From positions 70,990,001 through 71,054,000 of the forward strand of contig NC_083236.1 of assembly GCF_032191835.1 (NCBI RefSeq): 64,000 nt of DNA, given 5' to 3'. Within the stretch, counting starts at the first letter, position 1; each line of letters opens with the position of its first letter. Shown one piece after another: positions 23,427 through 34,500 of the stretch. The notes beneath the pieces were generated by a model. The model was not told the origin of the DNA. It saw only the letters and a program-made list of their open reading frames with translations, and ran no database searches. A program made the position numbers and the translations under genes. Source of the DNA: Heteronotia binoei. Lineage: Eukaryota.

Positions 23427-23507
23427 CAGAGCATTAACCCTGTAGCTGCTGCAGAGGTGCCTGCCTGCTGGAAATGGGGAGAGGGGGCAACATCTTCTGG
23501 TGGGCCA

Positions 23508-23950
23508 TAAGAACATAAGAGAAGCCATGCTGGATCAGGCCAACGGCCCATCAAGTCCAACACTCTGTGTCACACAGTGGCAAAAATTTTTATATACACA
23601 CATACACTGTGGCTAATAGCCACTGATGGACCTGTGCTCCATATTTTTATCTAAACCCCTCTTGAAGGTGGCTATGCTTGTGGCCGCCACCACCTCCTGT
23701 GGCAGTGAATTCCACATGTTAATCACCCTTTGGGTGAAGAAGTACTTCCTTTTATCCGTTTTAACCTTTCTGCTCAGCAATTTCATCGAATGCCCACGAG
23801 TTCTTGTATTGTGAGAAAGGGAGAAAAGTACCTCTTTCTCTACTTTCTCCATCCCATGCATTATCTTGTAAACCTCTATCATGTCACCCCGCAGTCGACG
23901 TTTCTCCAAGCTAAAGAGCCCCAAGCCTTTTAACCGTTCTTCATAGGGAA
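23508..23950 (-). mobile_element. CR1 LINE 3' fragment
   Basis: Minus ORF YEERLKGLGLFSLEKRRLRGDMIEVYKI...; (cataagaa)n tail. Confidence 0.9.
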
Positions 23951-24774
23951 AAGGCCAGCCATTTCCCCCTGAAAGAAATGCAGCATGCATACCTCCCCCC
24001 ACCCCCAGCACTGGAAGAGGTGGGAAATATTCTGGGGGTGGAGAGTATCAGTGGGGAACTGAGGCCACATCATAAGAGTGGGGTTGGGGTGAGAAGGAAG
24101 AGGTTGAACGGGGCAGGGGGCATTTGCATGATGGGCTCCTTAAGAGAAGCCTGCTGCTCAAACTTTCCCACGTTGCGGGAAGGTCGAGTGAGGGAGGCAT
24201 GTTTGCACAGTGGGCTCCTCAAGAGGAGCCCGTTGTGCAAACAGGGCCTGCAATTTGGGCAGGTGCTCGTGGCCCTCCCCCACTGGGGGGCCAGAGGTGG
24301 GGCCTTGCCGGGGGCAGCAAAAGCCCCAGCGCTGGCCCTGCCAGTGGCGTCATCATGACTGAGAAAACGGCACGCTGGCATTATTGTTGCGGCTGCTGCT
24401 GTTAATCACCCTATCCCAGCTTGTGCAGGGCTCTGGGTGATGTACAACAAAAGGCATAGAGCCATAAAACAAATGTACAAAACATGAAGATTCCTTCAGC
24501 TTTCGTTGCCTTGTTGATCATGGGGTGGGGGGGTTGCCCCAAGGACTCCTGTGGGGTTGGTGTAGCTTTGTGTCCAAAGTGTTCATCATGGTCTAGAGGC
24601 CAGCCAGGCTGGAGTCCCAAATTCTCCAGCTGCACCACCAGTGAGCTTTGATTTCCATGGGCCAGTCCTCAAGGAGTGCGGGGGGAGCTCCGGGTCTCTT
24701 CCTGGCACAGCCCACCCTTCTGCCTGGCCTGGACCTGCAAAGAGAAGAGTGGGGCTTGCCCTGCCTGCCTGTAC

Positions 24775-24918
24775 CTGCACCAGTGGCTTGGGGAAGGGGC
24801 CCTTCTCATTCTCTGGGCAATTGATGGGGGGAATGGCCCAGTCCCTCTTCTGCCTCCTCAGCCCAGTGCCGGACTCTGGGGAGGCCGCTGCTTCTGCCCC
24901 CAGGGATGGGAAGGAGAC
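24775..24918 (-). other. Isolated E-cadherin-type exon 4 ([48 protein letters not shown]); gene remnant or exon of an unannotated transcript
   Basis: ctctttcccttgcag acceptor, 144 nt open frame, gtacag donor, phase 0-0. RRQKR furin site and DWxIPPI EC1 start. No partner cadherin exons found on this strand. Confidence 0.9.
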
Positions 24919-25059
24919 CTGCAAGGGAAAGAGGTTAGGAGGCCTTTTGTGACCCAGCCCCAGGGATCCTTTGGGCCCCGATCTCTTCTTGCACGTTTTC
25001 AGATTGTAACGGAGGAGGAGAAGGAGATTGCATTTATACCCTGCCCTTTGCTCAGAACA

Positions 25060-25335
25060 GCCCCGTGGCGCAGAGTGGTAAAGCTGCAGTGCTGCAGTCT
25101 GAACTCTCTGCTCACGACCTGAGTTCGATTCCAGCGGAAGGTGGATTCAGGTAGGCTCAAGGTTGACTCAGCCTGTGGTAAAATGAGTCCCCAGCTTGCT
25201 GGGGGCAAAGTGTAGATGACTGGGGAAGGCAAGGGCAAACCACCCCATAAAAAGCCTGACGTGAGAACGTTGTGAAAGCAACGTCACCCCAGAGTTGAAA
25301 ACGACTGGTGCTTGCACAGGGGACCTTTCCTTTCC
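25060..25335 (+). mobile_element. Sauria-type SINE (also about 26085-26362 and 39530-39835)
   Basis: gccccgtggcgcagagtggtaaagctgcag head and ACCTTT-type tail. Confidence 0.8.
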
Positions 25336-25709
25336 TATGCTCAGAGCAGCATACAATCACCTTTCCCTTCCCCTCCCCACCACAGACACCCTGTGAAGTA
25401 GGTGGGACTTATTTATTTATTACTTTAAATTTCTATTCTGCCCTCTCTGCAAGCGGACTCAGGGCGGCTAACAATCAATTCAAGCATCTATAATTATATA
25501 CAATTTAAAACCAATAAATACAGTTAAAATATTTTATGGTGCTGTACATATGGCTAAGAGAACTCTGACAGAACTGCTCTTGAGAGAACAGCTCTGAGAG
25601 AACTGGGATGAGCCCAAGGTCACCCAGGGGCTGCACATGGAGGAGGCAGTGGGGAATCAAACCTGGCTCTCCCAGGTGAGAGTCTGCCTCTGCTATCCAC
25701 TACACCAAA

Positions 25710-26570
25710 CGGGCTCTCTTTGCTGACCCTTGCTGACTCAGCTAAAAGCCTCGGGATCGTCCTGATTCCAGCTTTATTATTGGAGAAGAAACTTAAAACA
25801 GTTGCAGAAAAGGTCTTCTTTCCACTCAGCCCAGCCTGTAAGATGACCCTTGACCTGGATACAGCTGATCTGGCCACCTGGATTCACGCAACAGTAACCT
25901 CGAGACTAGACTACTGCAATGCACTCTACCTGGGTCTCCCCACAAAATCAGCTTGGAAACTCCAGCTGGCCCAGAATGCTGCAGCTCAGCTGTTAACAGG
26001 AGCTACATGGAACATCCTACAGATGTTCCATTGGGTGATCATCTGTTACTGGGCTCAGGTTTAAGTTGTTATCATATATAAAAAGAGCACAGAGTGGGAA
26101 AGCTGCAGTACTGCAGTCGGAGCCTTCTGCTCACGACCTGAGTTTGATCCCGTCGGAAGCTGGGTTCAGGTACCTGGCTCAGGGTTGACTCAGCCTTCCA
26201 TCCTTCTGAGGTCGGTCAAATGAGTCCCCAGCTTGCTGGGGGGAAAGCGTAGATGACTGGGGAAGGCAATAGCAAACCACCCCATTAAAAGTCTGTTGTG
26301 AAAGCAACGTCACTCCAGAGTTGGAAATGACTGGTGCTTGTACAGGGAACTACCTTTACCTTTTATCATATATAAAGCCTTTCACAGCCTTGCCCCCCCC
26401 CCCTTTTTGTGGGATTGCCTCCTGCTGTGTTCCACTGTGACAACATTGCTCAAGTTAGCAGGGGCTCTTGCAGCTGCCAACCTGCCAGTGGGCAAAATCA
26501 CCATAGCCCCTCTGCGTGTTTTCTCTGCTGGGGCTCCCAGCTTGCAGAACGGCCTGCCAAAGCAGCTCAG
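25710..26570 (+). mobile_element. L2-type LINE 3' fragment, interrupted by a Sauria SINE and a solo LTR
   Basis: ORF LATWIHATVTSRLDYCNALYLGLP...LQLAQNAAAQLLTG. Confidence 0.75.
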
Positions 26571-26816
26571 TGTCATGAGCCCTGACAAGGAGGAGCTGGA
26601 AGGGTTAACAGACCTGGAAGAGTTGCCAGCCAGTTCCTCAGCTGAACAAACAGCAGCTGGCCCATCAATCACTCTCCAGGCACCAGTGTCGGCTTTTGAC
26701 AATCAATCTCCTCCAACCTCTCCTTCTCCCACCTCAAGAGTCCGAAGCAGGCTCCGGAAAGAACTTTCAGAGTGAAGACATGAGGCACACCGATGCTTCA
26801 GATCTCTCAGCCCTGA

Positions 26817-29800
26817 CTGAAATTTTTTCATTAGCAGAACAAAAGAAAAGAGGGGTAGTCTTTTATATTAAAGAACAATTAGAACCAAAATTGATATTCA
26901 AAGATAAAGAAGGAAGATATATTGCAGTGGAAATGATGATGGAGGCAAAAAAAAAACTTTGTTACTAGGACTATATGTGCCCAATGGAGCGAAAGACAAG
27001 TTCTTTAAAGACATTAGTCAGCAGTTAGGCGATATGTCATATGACCAGATTTTGATGATGGGTGACTTTAATGGGACAATACAAAACAATATAGATAGAT
27101 CAAGCCAAAAGAAGAAAGACAAAGAAGGAAAACTACCAAACTCTTTTTTTGAGTTGATTAAACAAGAAAATTTGGAAGACATTTGGAGAAAATTTAATCC
27201 TGAAGTAAGAGACTATACCTTCTTTTCAGCAAGACATAATTCTTTTTCCAGAATAGATATGTTATGGGGCTCAAAAAGTTTGGGCCTCATAACCAAAAAA
27301 GTGGAGATTCTACCAAAGGTTTGTGCAGACCATAACCCAATATGTTGGACTACAAAATTGCAAAAGAAAACAAGAAGATGGAGAATTAATGAGGACTCGC
27401 TACAAGACAAAGACATTGTGACATTTTTAGAAAAGGAAACTGCAGCGTTCTTTCAAATAAATGAGACTGATGTGGAATTTCAGACAGTTTGGGATACTTA
27501 TAAAGCAGTAATGAGAGGACTATTAATTACATTGAATAATAAAGATAAGTGGGTCAAAGAAGAGCGGTTGCTAGGTCTACAAAATGAAATAAAGAAAAAA
27601 TAAGGGGAATTTTTAAAAAGGCCAGGAAAGAAGAAGTTAATAAAATAAATTACAATATTACAATCCCAAGTAAGACATTTGTTGAATAAAGAACTAGAAT
27701 GGAACTTTAAAAGTTTGCAACAAAAATCGTTTGAAGGTGCGAATAAACCTGGGAAGTATCTAGCCTGGAAACTGAAGAAAAAGAAAGAAAATACAATTAT
27801 CAACAAAATCATGGCAAATCAAAAAGAGATAGTCGATCAAGATGGAATCAAAAGAGAATTTTTTTAAGTATTATGCAAATCTATTCAAAGGTGTGAAAAT
27901 CAGAAAAGAAAAAATGGAAGAGTGTCTACAAAATATTCAAATAGCACCCCTGACTGAATATATGAAAATTATTTTAAATGATCCAATAGAAAAAATTGAA
28001 ATTGAAGCAGCAATAAAAGCGATAAAAGAAGGTAAGGCTCCTGGGCCAGATGGATTTACAACTAAATTTTATAAAATTCTTAAAGATGAGATAATACCCA
28101 AACTGCAGAAATTGTTGAATACGATAATCGATGTGGCAACCCGGACCGCGTCGGGGAGGACCCTCCACGGGCCGGCCCTCCGGGGTTGGTGTTCAGGCGG
28201 AGCGGCGCCTCCCCCTCCCACCCGCGGTCCGAGCTCCTCCCCCGGCCCCGGGGGAGCGAAAAAAAAATATAATGACTCTTGAAATTCTATTACAACAAGT
28301 ACAAAATGATAAAGAAATAGAAGGACTAAAAATGAGAGGATTTCTTATAAATATAAAGCATTTGCAGATGATATTGTGTTCATAATAGAGAATCCGATTC
28401 AAGTGACACCTTTGTTGTTAGCCAAGATAAAAGAATACGGAGAGATAGCAGGATTATATATAAACAAAGAGAAGTCGAAATTTTTATGCAAAAATATGCA
28501 ACCAAATAGAAAGAATTGCAGACTTTTGACGGGATGTGAAGTTACCTCTAAAGTTAAATATCTTGGCTTAGAAATAACTATGAAGAATATTGACCTGTTC
28601 AAAAATAATTACGAAAAGCTATGGTGCAAGATGGACAAAGATTTGATGAAATGGAATAGACTTAACTTGTCCTTGCTGGGCAGGATTGCTGCAATTAAGA
28701 TATTTTGCCAAGAATAATGTATTTGTTCCAAACTATCCCGATTGTGAAAGATAGCAAACAATTCAATCAATGGCAAAGGAAGATTTCTGATTTTGTATGG
28801 GCCGGGAAGAAACCAAGGATTAAGATGAAGATTTTAACAGATGCTAAGGAGAGAGGAGGTTTTCAGCTTCCGGTCTTAAGACTGTATCATGATGCAGTTT
28901 GCTTGACATGGATTAAAGATTGGATAATGCTGTTAGATAAAAAACTTTTACGGTTAGAAGCTCACGGGAATAAATTCGGCTGGCACGCTTATTTGTATTA
29001 TAGGAAAAATAAGATGGATGGTCTTTTTTCTCACCACTATATTAGAAATAGCTTACTAAACACTTGGATAAAATATAAGAAATATGGTGATGAGAGAAAG
29101 CCGCTTTGGATAGTGCTAGCAGAAGTAATAAAAATAACAGCTTAATCTGATGAAGAAAGAGTGATGTCATATAATCAACTATTAAAGATTCAAGGTGATA
29201 AAGTTGAATTAAAGTCTGCAGAAGAGTTAAACAACAAGTATGACTGGTTTCAAATGAAACAAATAAAAAGCTTGATGGAAAATGATATTAAATCTGATGG
29301 AATTAGACGTGAGCAAACAGAACTGGAAAGGGTTCTGCTTGGAGACAATGAAAAAATAATATCGAAAGTACCGTATTTTTTGCACCATAAGACGCACTTT
29401 TTCCTCCCAAAAAAGTGTGGGGGGGAAGTGTGTGTGTCTTATGGAGCGAAGGTACCATACGTACCTTCCTCGGGGGGGGGGGGGGGTGATCCGCTGCCTC
29501 CGTCCCGGCGCTTCCCGCCCCTGCCTGCCTGGCTCCAGCTCTGACGCTTACAGCAAGCGCCAGGATCGCTCCCTCTGCCCTCCGATTCCAGCGCTTGCTT
29601 TAAGCATCAGCGCTGAAGCCAGGCAGGCAAGCAGGGAGAAAGCACGCCGCCCCCTCCACAGCCAGCGCTTGCGAAGCGCTGGGTTTGCGCAGGGGGCGGG
29701 GGCTTCCTCTGTCCCTGTATGCGTGGCTTCAGCTTGTGCTGATAGCAAGGGCTGGGTTCAGAGGCAGCCAAGCCTTGGATCCCAGCCCTTGCTATCAGCT

Positions 29801-31442
29801 CAAGCTGAAGCGAGGCAAAGAGGAAGCCCCCCCCCCCGCAAACGCAGCGCTTGGCGAAGCGCTGGGTTTGCGCAGGTGGGGGGCTTCCTCTGTCCCTGTC
29901 TGCGTGGCTTCAGCTTGTGCTGATAGCAAGGGCTGGGTTAGGAGGCAGCCAAGCCTCGGATCCCAGCCCTAGCTATCAGCTCAAGCTGAAGCCAGGCAAA
30001 GAGGAAGCCCCCCCCTCGCAAATGCAGCGCTTGGCAAAGCGCTGGGTTTGCAGGGGGGCCTTCCTCTGTCCCTGTATGCGTGGCTTCAGCTTGTGCTGAT
30101 AGCAAGGGCTGGGTTCGGAGGCAGCCAAGCCTCGGATCCCAGCCCTAGCTATCAGCACAAGCTAAAGCCAGGCAAAGAGGAAGCCCCCCCCCCCCGCAAA
30201 CGCAGCGCTTGGCGAAACGCTGGGTTTGGGCAGGGGGGGCTTCCTCTGTCCCTGTCTGCATGGCTTCAGCTTGTGCTGATAGCAAGGGCTGCGTTCGGAG
30301 GCAGCCATGCCTCAGTTTCCAGCCCTTGCTATCAGCTCAAGCTGAAGCCAGGCAAAGAGGAAGCCCCCCCCCCTCTGCAAACGCAGCGCTTGGCGAAGCG
30401 CTGGGTTTGCGGAGCGGGGGGGCTTCCTCTGTGCCTGTCTGCCAGGCTTCAGCTGCTGCTTCTAGCAAGGGCTGGGATCGGAGGCAGGATTGAGAGGGGG
30501 AAGGTGCCCAGATCTGGGTGCACAGCTTCAAAAAATTTTTTCCTGTTTTCCTCCTCTAAAAACTAGATGCGTCTTATGGTCCGGTGCGTCTAATGGTCCG
30601 AAAAATACGGGTATATAAATTATTATTGAAATGGTCTACAGAAGAAGAAGTAGTAAAATCTCAAATGATTAAATGGGCAATTAATTTAAATAAGGAAATA
30701 CAAATGGATACATGGGAATATCTTTGGAAGAACTCGATGAAAATATCAACATGTCAGAATATTAAAGAGAATTGTTTTAAGATGATGTATAGGTAGTATA
30801 TGACTCTGAAAAAACTGGCAAAGTTGAGTAAAAAGATGTCGGATAGATGTTGGAAATGTAAAAATCATGAGGGTTCTTTTTTCATATGTGGTGGACTTGT
30901 GAAAAAGCGAAAAAGTTTTGGCAGATGATACAACAAGAAATTTCTAAAATGTTGGGATACGACTTTAAGAAAGTTGCAGAGACTTTTCTGCTAGGATTAC
31001 AAATGGAAAAATTTCCAAAAGAAGATAGGACTTTAATTTGGTATTTGCTCTCAGCTGCTAGGACATTGTATGCGCAGTTGTGGAAGCAAGAAAAAATACC
31101 AGAGAAATGGGACTGGATCATGAAAGTTTTATCGTGGAGTGAGATGGACAAGTTAACAAGAACTTTGGACGTGTTTAAAAAGGAGTGGAAGAAATTCAGA
31201 AGATATATAGAACAAGAGTGGAATGTAAAAAGATACTGGACAATTTTTTAATATGATTGTGAGAAAAGAATGACATTGAATTTTGATTGGTTAGGGGTAC
31301 CTTTATAATCGAACTTAAGTATAAAACCTCGGCGGAAGTCTAGTAATGGAGGGAGGGGGGGCTGAAAATATCATATGGGTTAGAGATAGTAAGGATATCA
31401 TTAAACGTTGTAACCATATGTTATTAATAAAACTGTTTAAAA
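26817..31442 (+). mobile_element. 5'-truncated L1-type LINE (APE endonuclease, RT remnants, Cys-rich C-terminus), decayed
   Basis: ORFs with MGDFNG and TFFSARHNSFSRID, KAPGPDGF and YLG; 19-bp TSD TCAGATCTCTCAGCCCTGA at 26798-26816 and 31443-31461. Confidence 0.92.
29371..30610. mobile_element. Non-autonomous DNA transposon (Tc1/mariner-pogo-like) with internal palindromic tandem array, inserted in the L1
   Basis: 27-bp TIRs CCGTATTTTTTGCACCATAAGACGCAC / GTGCGTCTAATGGTCCGAAAAATACGG; (G)TA on both flanks; L1 frame KIISKV|YKLLLKW restored on removal. Confidence 0.88.
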
Positions 31443-33289
31443 TCAGATCTCTCAGCCCTGAGTTCTAGCAGAGTCACTGCCACCCAGGGAGTAGGCTGAT
31501 TGAGACTCCCATATAGCTCCCACCCTGGTAACCTTGTGGAAGCGACAAGTCTATTCTCTGGCTTGCATCCACGCTTCTTTCTGATCCTGACCTGCTTGAT
31601 TTCCTTGGCACCCTGACCTTATGGCTTTTGGACATTGAGTTCTGATTACGGTTTGTGATTCTGCATTGGTGACTTGGCTCCTGCTGGACTTCCTGGACTT
31701 TGACCTTGGACTGGCTTTGGACTCCTGCCTGCCTGAACCCTGAGAACGTGACACTCAGGAAAGTTCCACTCGACAAAGCTGAACAATTCCAGGGGCCTTT
31801 TCTGCACAGGAAATATGAGGCTGCACTGTACAAAAGCGGCAGGGGGGAGGGGGAAGAAACCACGTTGACAGTCCCTCTTCAGAGGAACTCTGAGGAAGCT
31901 CCTTGGCAGAAGGACAGGATGTAAACATCCCAGACAGCTCAGTGGTCAGGCCTGGCATCGGGTGGCTTTACGCCTTTGGGCCTTGCCAAGCACACAAGCC
32001 AAGCTGAGTCATCTTCCACAGAAGGATTCCTAGGAAATGCCAGCATTAATGGCCCGGGAGTGGGTGTCCATTACTGCAAGAGGGTGGTGTTTCCGATGAG
32101 TCACCTAGAATCAATTCCTTTTTCTGGGGAATGGTCCTCAGCAGACCCTGGGCTCCCCCAGGCCACCAAAGGGGGAGCTCCATGCATGTGGCCAGCAAGG
32201 CCTGCAACCAAGAGCTCTCCCTCTCTTTCTCTGGCTCCAGACCTCTCTAAGGCTGCTCAGCACCCCTTGAAGATCCATTGGTGGTTCTGGGCTGCCCTTG
32301 AAGCAAGCAAGGAGCAGGGAGGTCTGGGAGCCAGCTGTTGCACCCCGAGGAGGCTGTTGGCCACCAGAGGGCAGGTGCAGTTCGGAGGGCCCCTGGCTCA
32401 GCCGCAGAGCCTCTGCTTGGCATGCAGAGAAGAAGGTCCCGCGTTCAGTCCTGGGCAGCATCTCCAGATAAAAGGGTAGCAGGCAGCAGAAGTTGTGAAA
32501 GACCTGAGACCCTGCAGTAGGGTTGCCAGGTCCAATTCAAGAAATATCTGGGGACTTTGGGGGTGGAGCCAGGAGACTTTGGGGGTGGGTCCAGGAGCAA
32601 GGCTGTGACAAACATAATTGAACTCCAAAGGGAGTTCTGGCCATCACATTTAAAGGGACCGCACACCTTATCACCATGGTGCTTCTGTAGTGTTGACAGT
32701 TCCCAGTCTACCTGCTGTTGCCTGGTTTTGCTGCCAGGGGCTGAACTATCGTTTACTGTATGTTGTCGACCTCACTGTTTACTGTGTTGCCTCTGATTTG
32801 GTAGGACACGTTTTTAGGAGGCTGTTTTAATCTTGATATGTGGATTTTAATCTTAATATGTTGTCAATGTGTTGTTTTATTGTTGAAAGCTACCCTGAGC
32901 CTGCTTGCACGACAGGGCGGGATATAAATAAAAAAATTAAATTTGAAATGCCTTCCTTCCATTGAAAATAATGAAGGATAGGGGCACCTTGTTTCGGGGC
33001 TCACAGAATTGGACCCTCTGGCCCACTCTTTTTGAAACTTGGAGGGTGTTTTGACGAGAGGCACCAGATGCTATGCTGCAAATGTGGTACCTCTACCTTA
33101 AAAAACAGGGGGCCCCCCAGAGCCCCAGATAGCCTCAGATCCGTTTTCCATTATACCCTATGGGAATCTGTCTCCATAGGAAATAATGCCCAGCAGACAT
33201 TTCTCTCCCCACCTCCCCTCAGCTTTCTGATGACCCTGAAAGGGGGGAGGGCCTCCAAACCAGGGGATCCCCTGCCCCCAACAGGGGAT

Positions 33290-33772
33290 TAAGCAACCCA
33301 AGCGAAATCACGGACAAGCAGAGTGCAGAAGACCATGGGTTCCGTGATATGCCAGCCTCCAAAATATACAAAAGCTCCACAAACTCCATGGATTCAGTAA
33401 TAAACCAAATTATTTCAGAAAAATTCAAAGCATAATCTTAGAAACTACATATATCCAAATCATAAACCACATAGAACAAGAGATGGGACAAAACTCATTT
33501 GAAATGCAAATATCAAAGTCTCTCAAAAGAACTCAGTACAACGTATCCGTGTGCAGCTATACATGTGGAATCTTTAATACAACAGCTTACTTAGTACGAC
33601 TTAGTACTAAGTCATTCCGGTTTCAGTGACGCTTCTTCCAGCTACAGACTGCTGCACCAGAGACTGTGAGGGGCCTTGAAGCTTTCTTGCCACGTTCTGA
33701 AATTTGAAGATTAAGGGAGTGACCCGAAGCCCCCTTCCTGTGTGGATTTCTCTTCCATCCCACTGAATATAA
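33290..33772 (-). mobile_element. Possible Penelope-type pLTR fragment inside a MITE
   Basis: AT-rich block with degenerate CTGGAAGAAG...GAAAC on minus; interrupts ...acaggggatt|ggcaa. Confidence 0.35.
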
Positions 33773-33825
33773 TTGGCAAGACTCAAGGAGCGGGCGGCAC
33801 TAAGAAACAACTGGGGGGATGTCAT

Positions 33826-34500
33826 GAGCCAGTTTGGTGTAATGGTTAAATGCACGGACTCTTACCTGGGAGAACCGGATTTGATTCCCCACTCCTCCAC
33901 TTGCACCTGCTGGAATGGCCTTGGGTCAGCCAGAGCTCTCTTATCTGGGAGAACCGGGTCTGATTCCCCACTCCTCCACTTGCAGCTGCTGGAATGGCCT
34001 TGGGTCAGCCAGAGCTCTCTTATCTGGGAGAACCAGGTGTGATTCCCCACTCCTCCACTTGCAGCTGCTGGAATGGTCTTGGGTCAGCCAGAGCTCTCTT
34101 ATCTGGGAGAACCGGGTTTGATTCCCCACTCCTCCACTTGCAGCTGCTGGAATGGTCTTGGGTCAGCCAGAGCTCTCTTATCTGGGAGAACCAGGTGTGA
34201 TTCCCCACTCCTCCACTTGCAGCTGCTGGAATGGCCTTGGGTCAGCCAGAGCTCTCTTATCTGGGAGAACCGGGTTGGATTCTCCACTCCTCCACTTGCA
34301 GCTGCTGGAATGGCCTTGGGTCAGCAGAGCTCTCTTATCTGGGAGAACTGGGTTTGATTCCCCACTCCTCCACTTGCAGCTGCTGGAATGGTCTTGGGTC
34401 AGCCAGAGCTCTCTTATCTGGGAGAACCAGGTGTGATTCCCCACTCCTCCACTTGCACCTCCTGAAATGGCCTTGGGTCAGCCATAACCCTCACATTGTC
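33826..34500 (+). repeat. Family B SINE with about 8 tandem copies of an internal 79-bp unit
   Basis: ctcttatctgggagaacc...ggtcagccagagct recurs every 79 nt. Confidence 0.93.

Larger units (their letters stand above)
26571..31753. mobile_element. Solo LTR (about 540 bp) split by an L1 insertion
   Basis: TGTCA...TGACA termini with 5-bp TSD CTCAG (26566-26570 and 31754-31758). Confidence 0.8.

Noticed and set aside
24735-24774. Second acceptor 40 nt after the orphan exon's donor
   Set aside because: A 40-nt intron is too short for normal vertebrate splicing, and the downstream frame shows no cadherin similarity.
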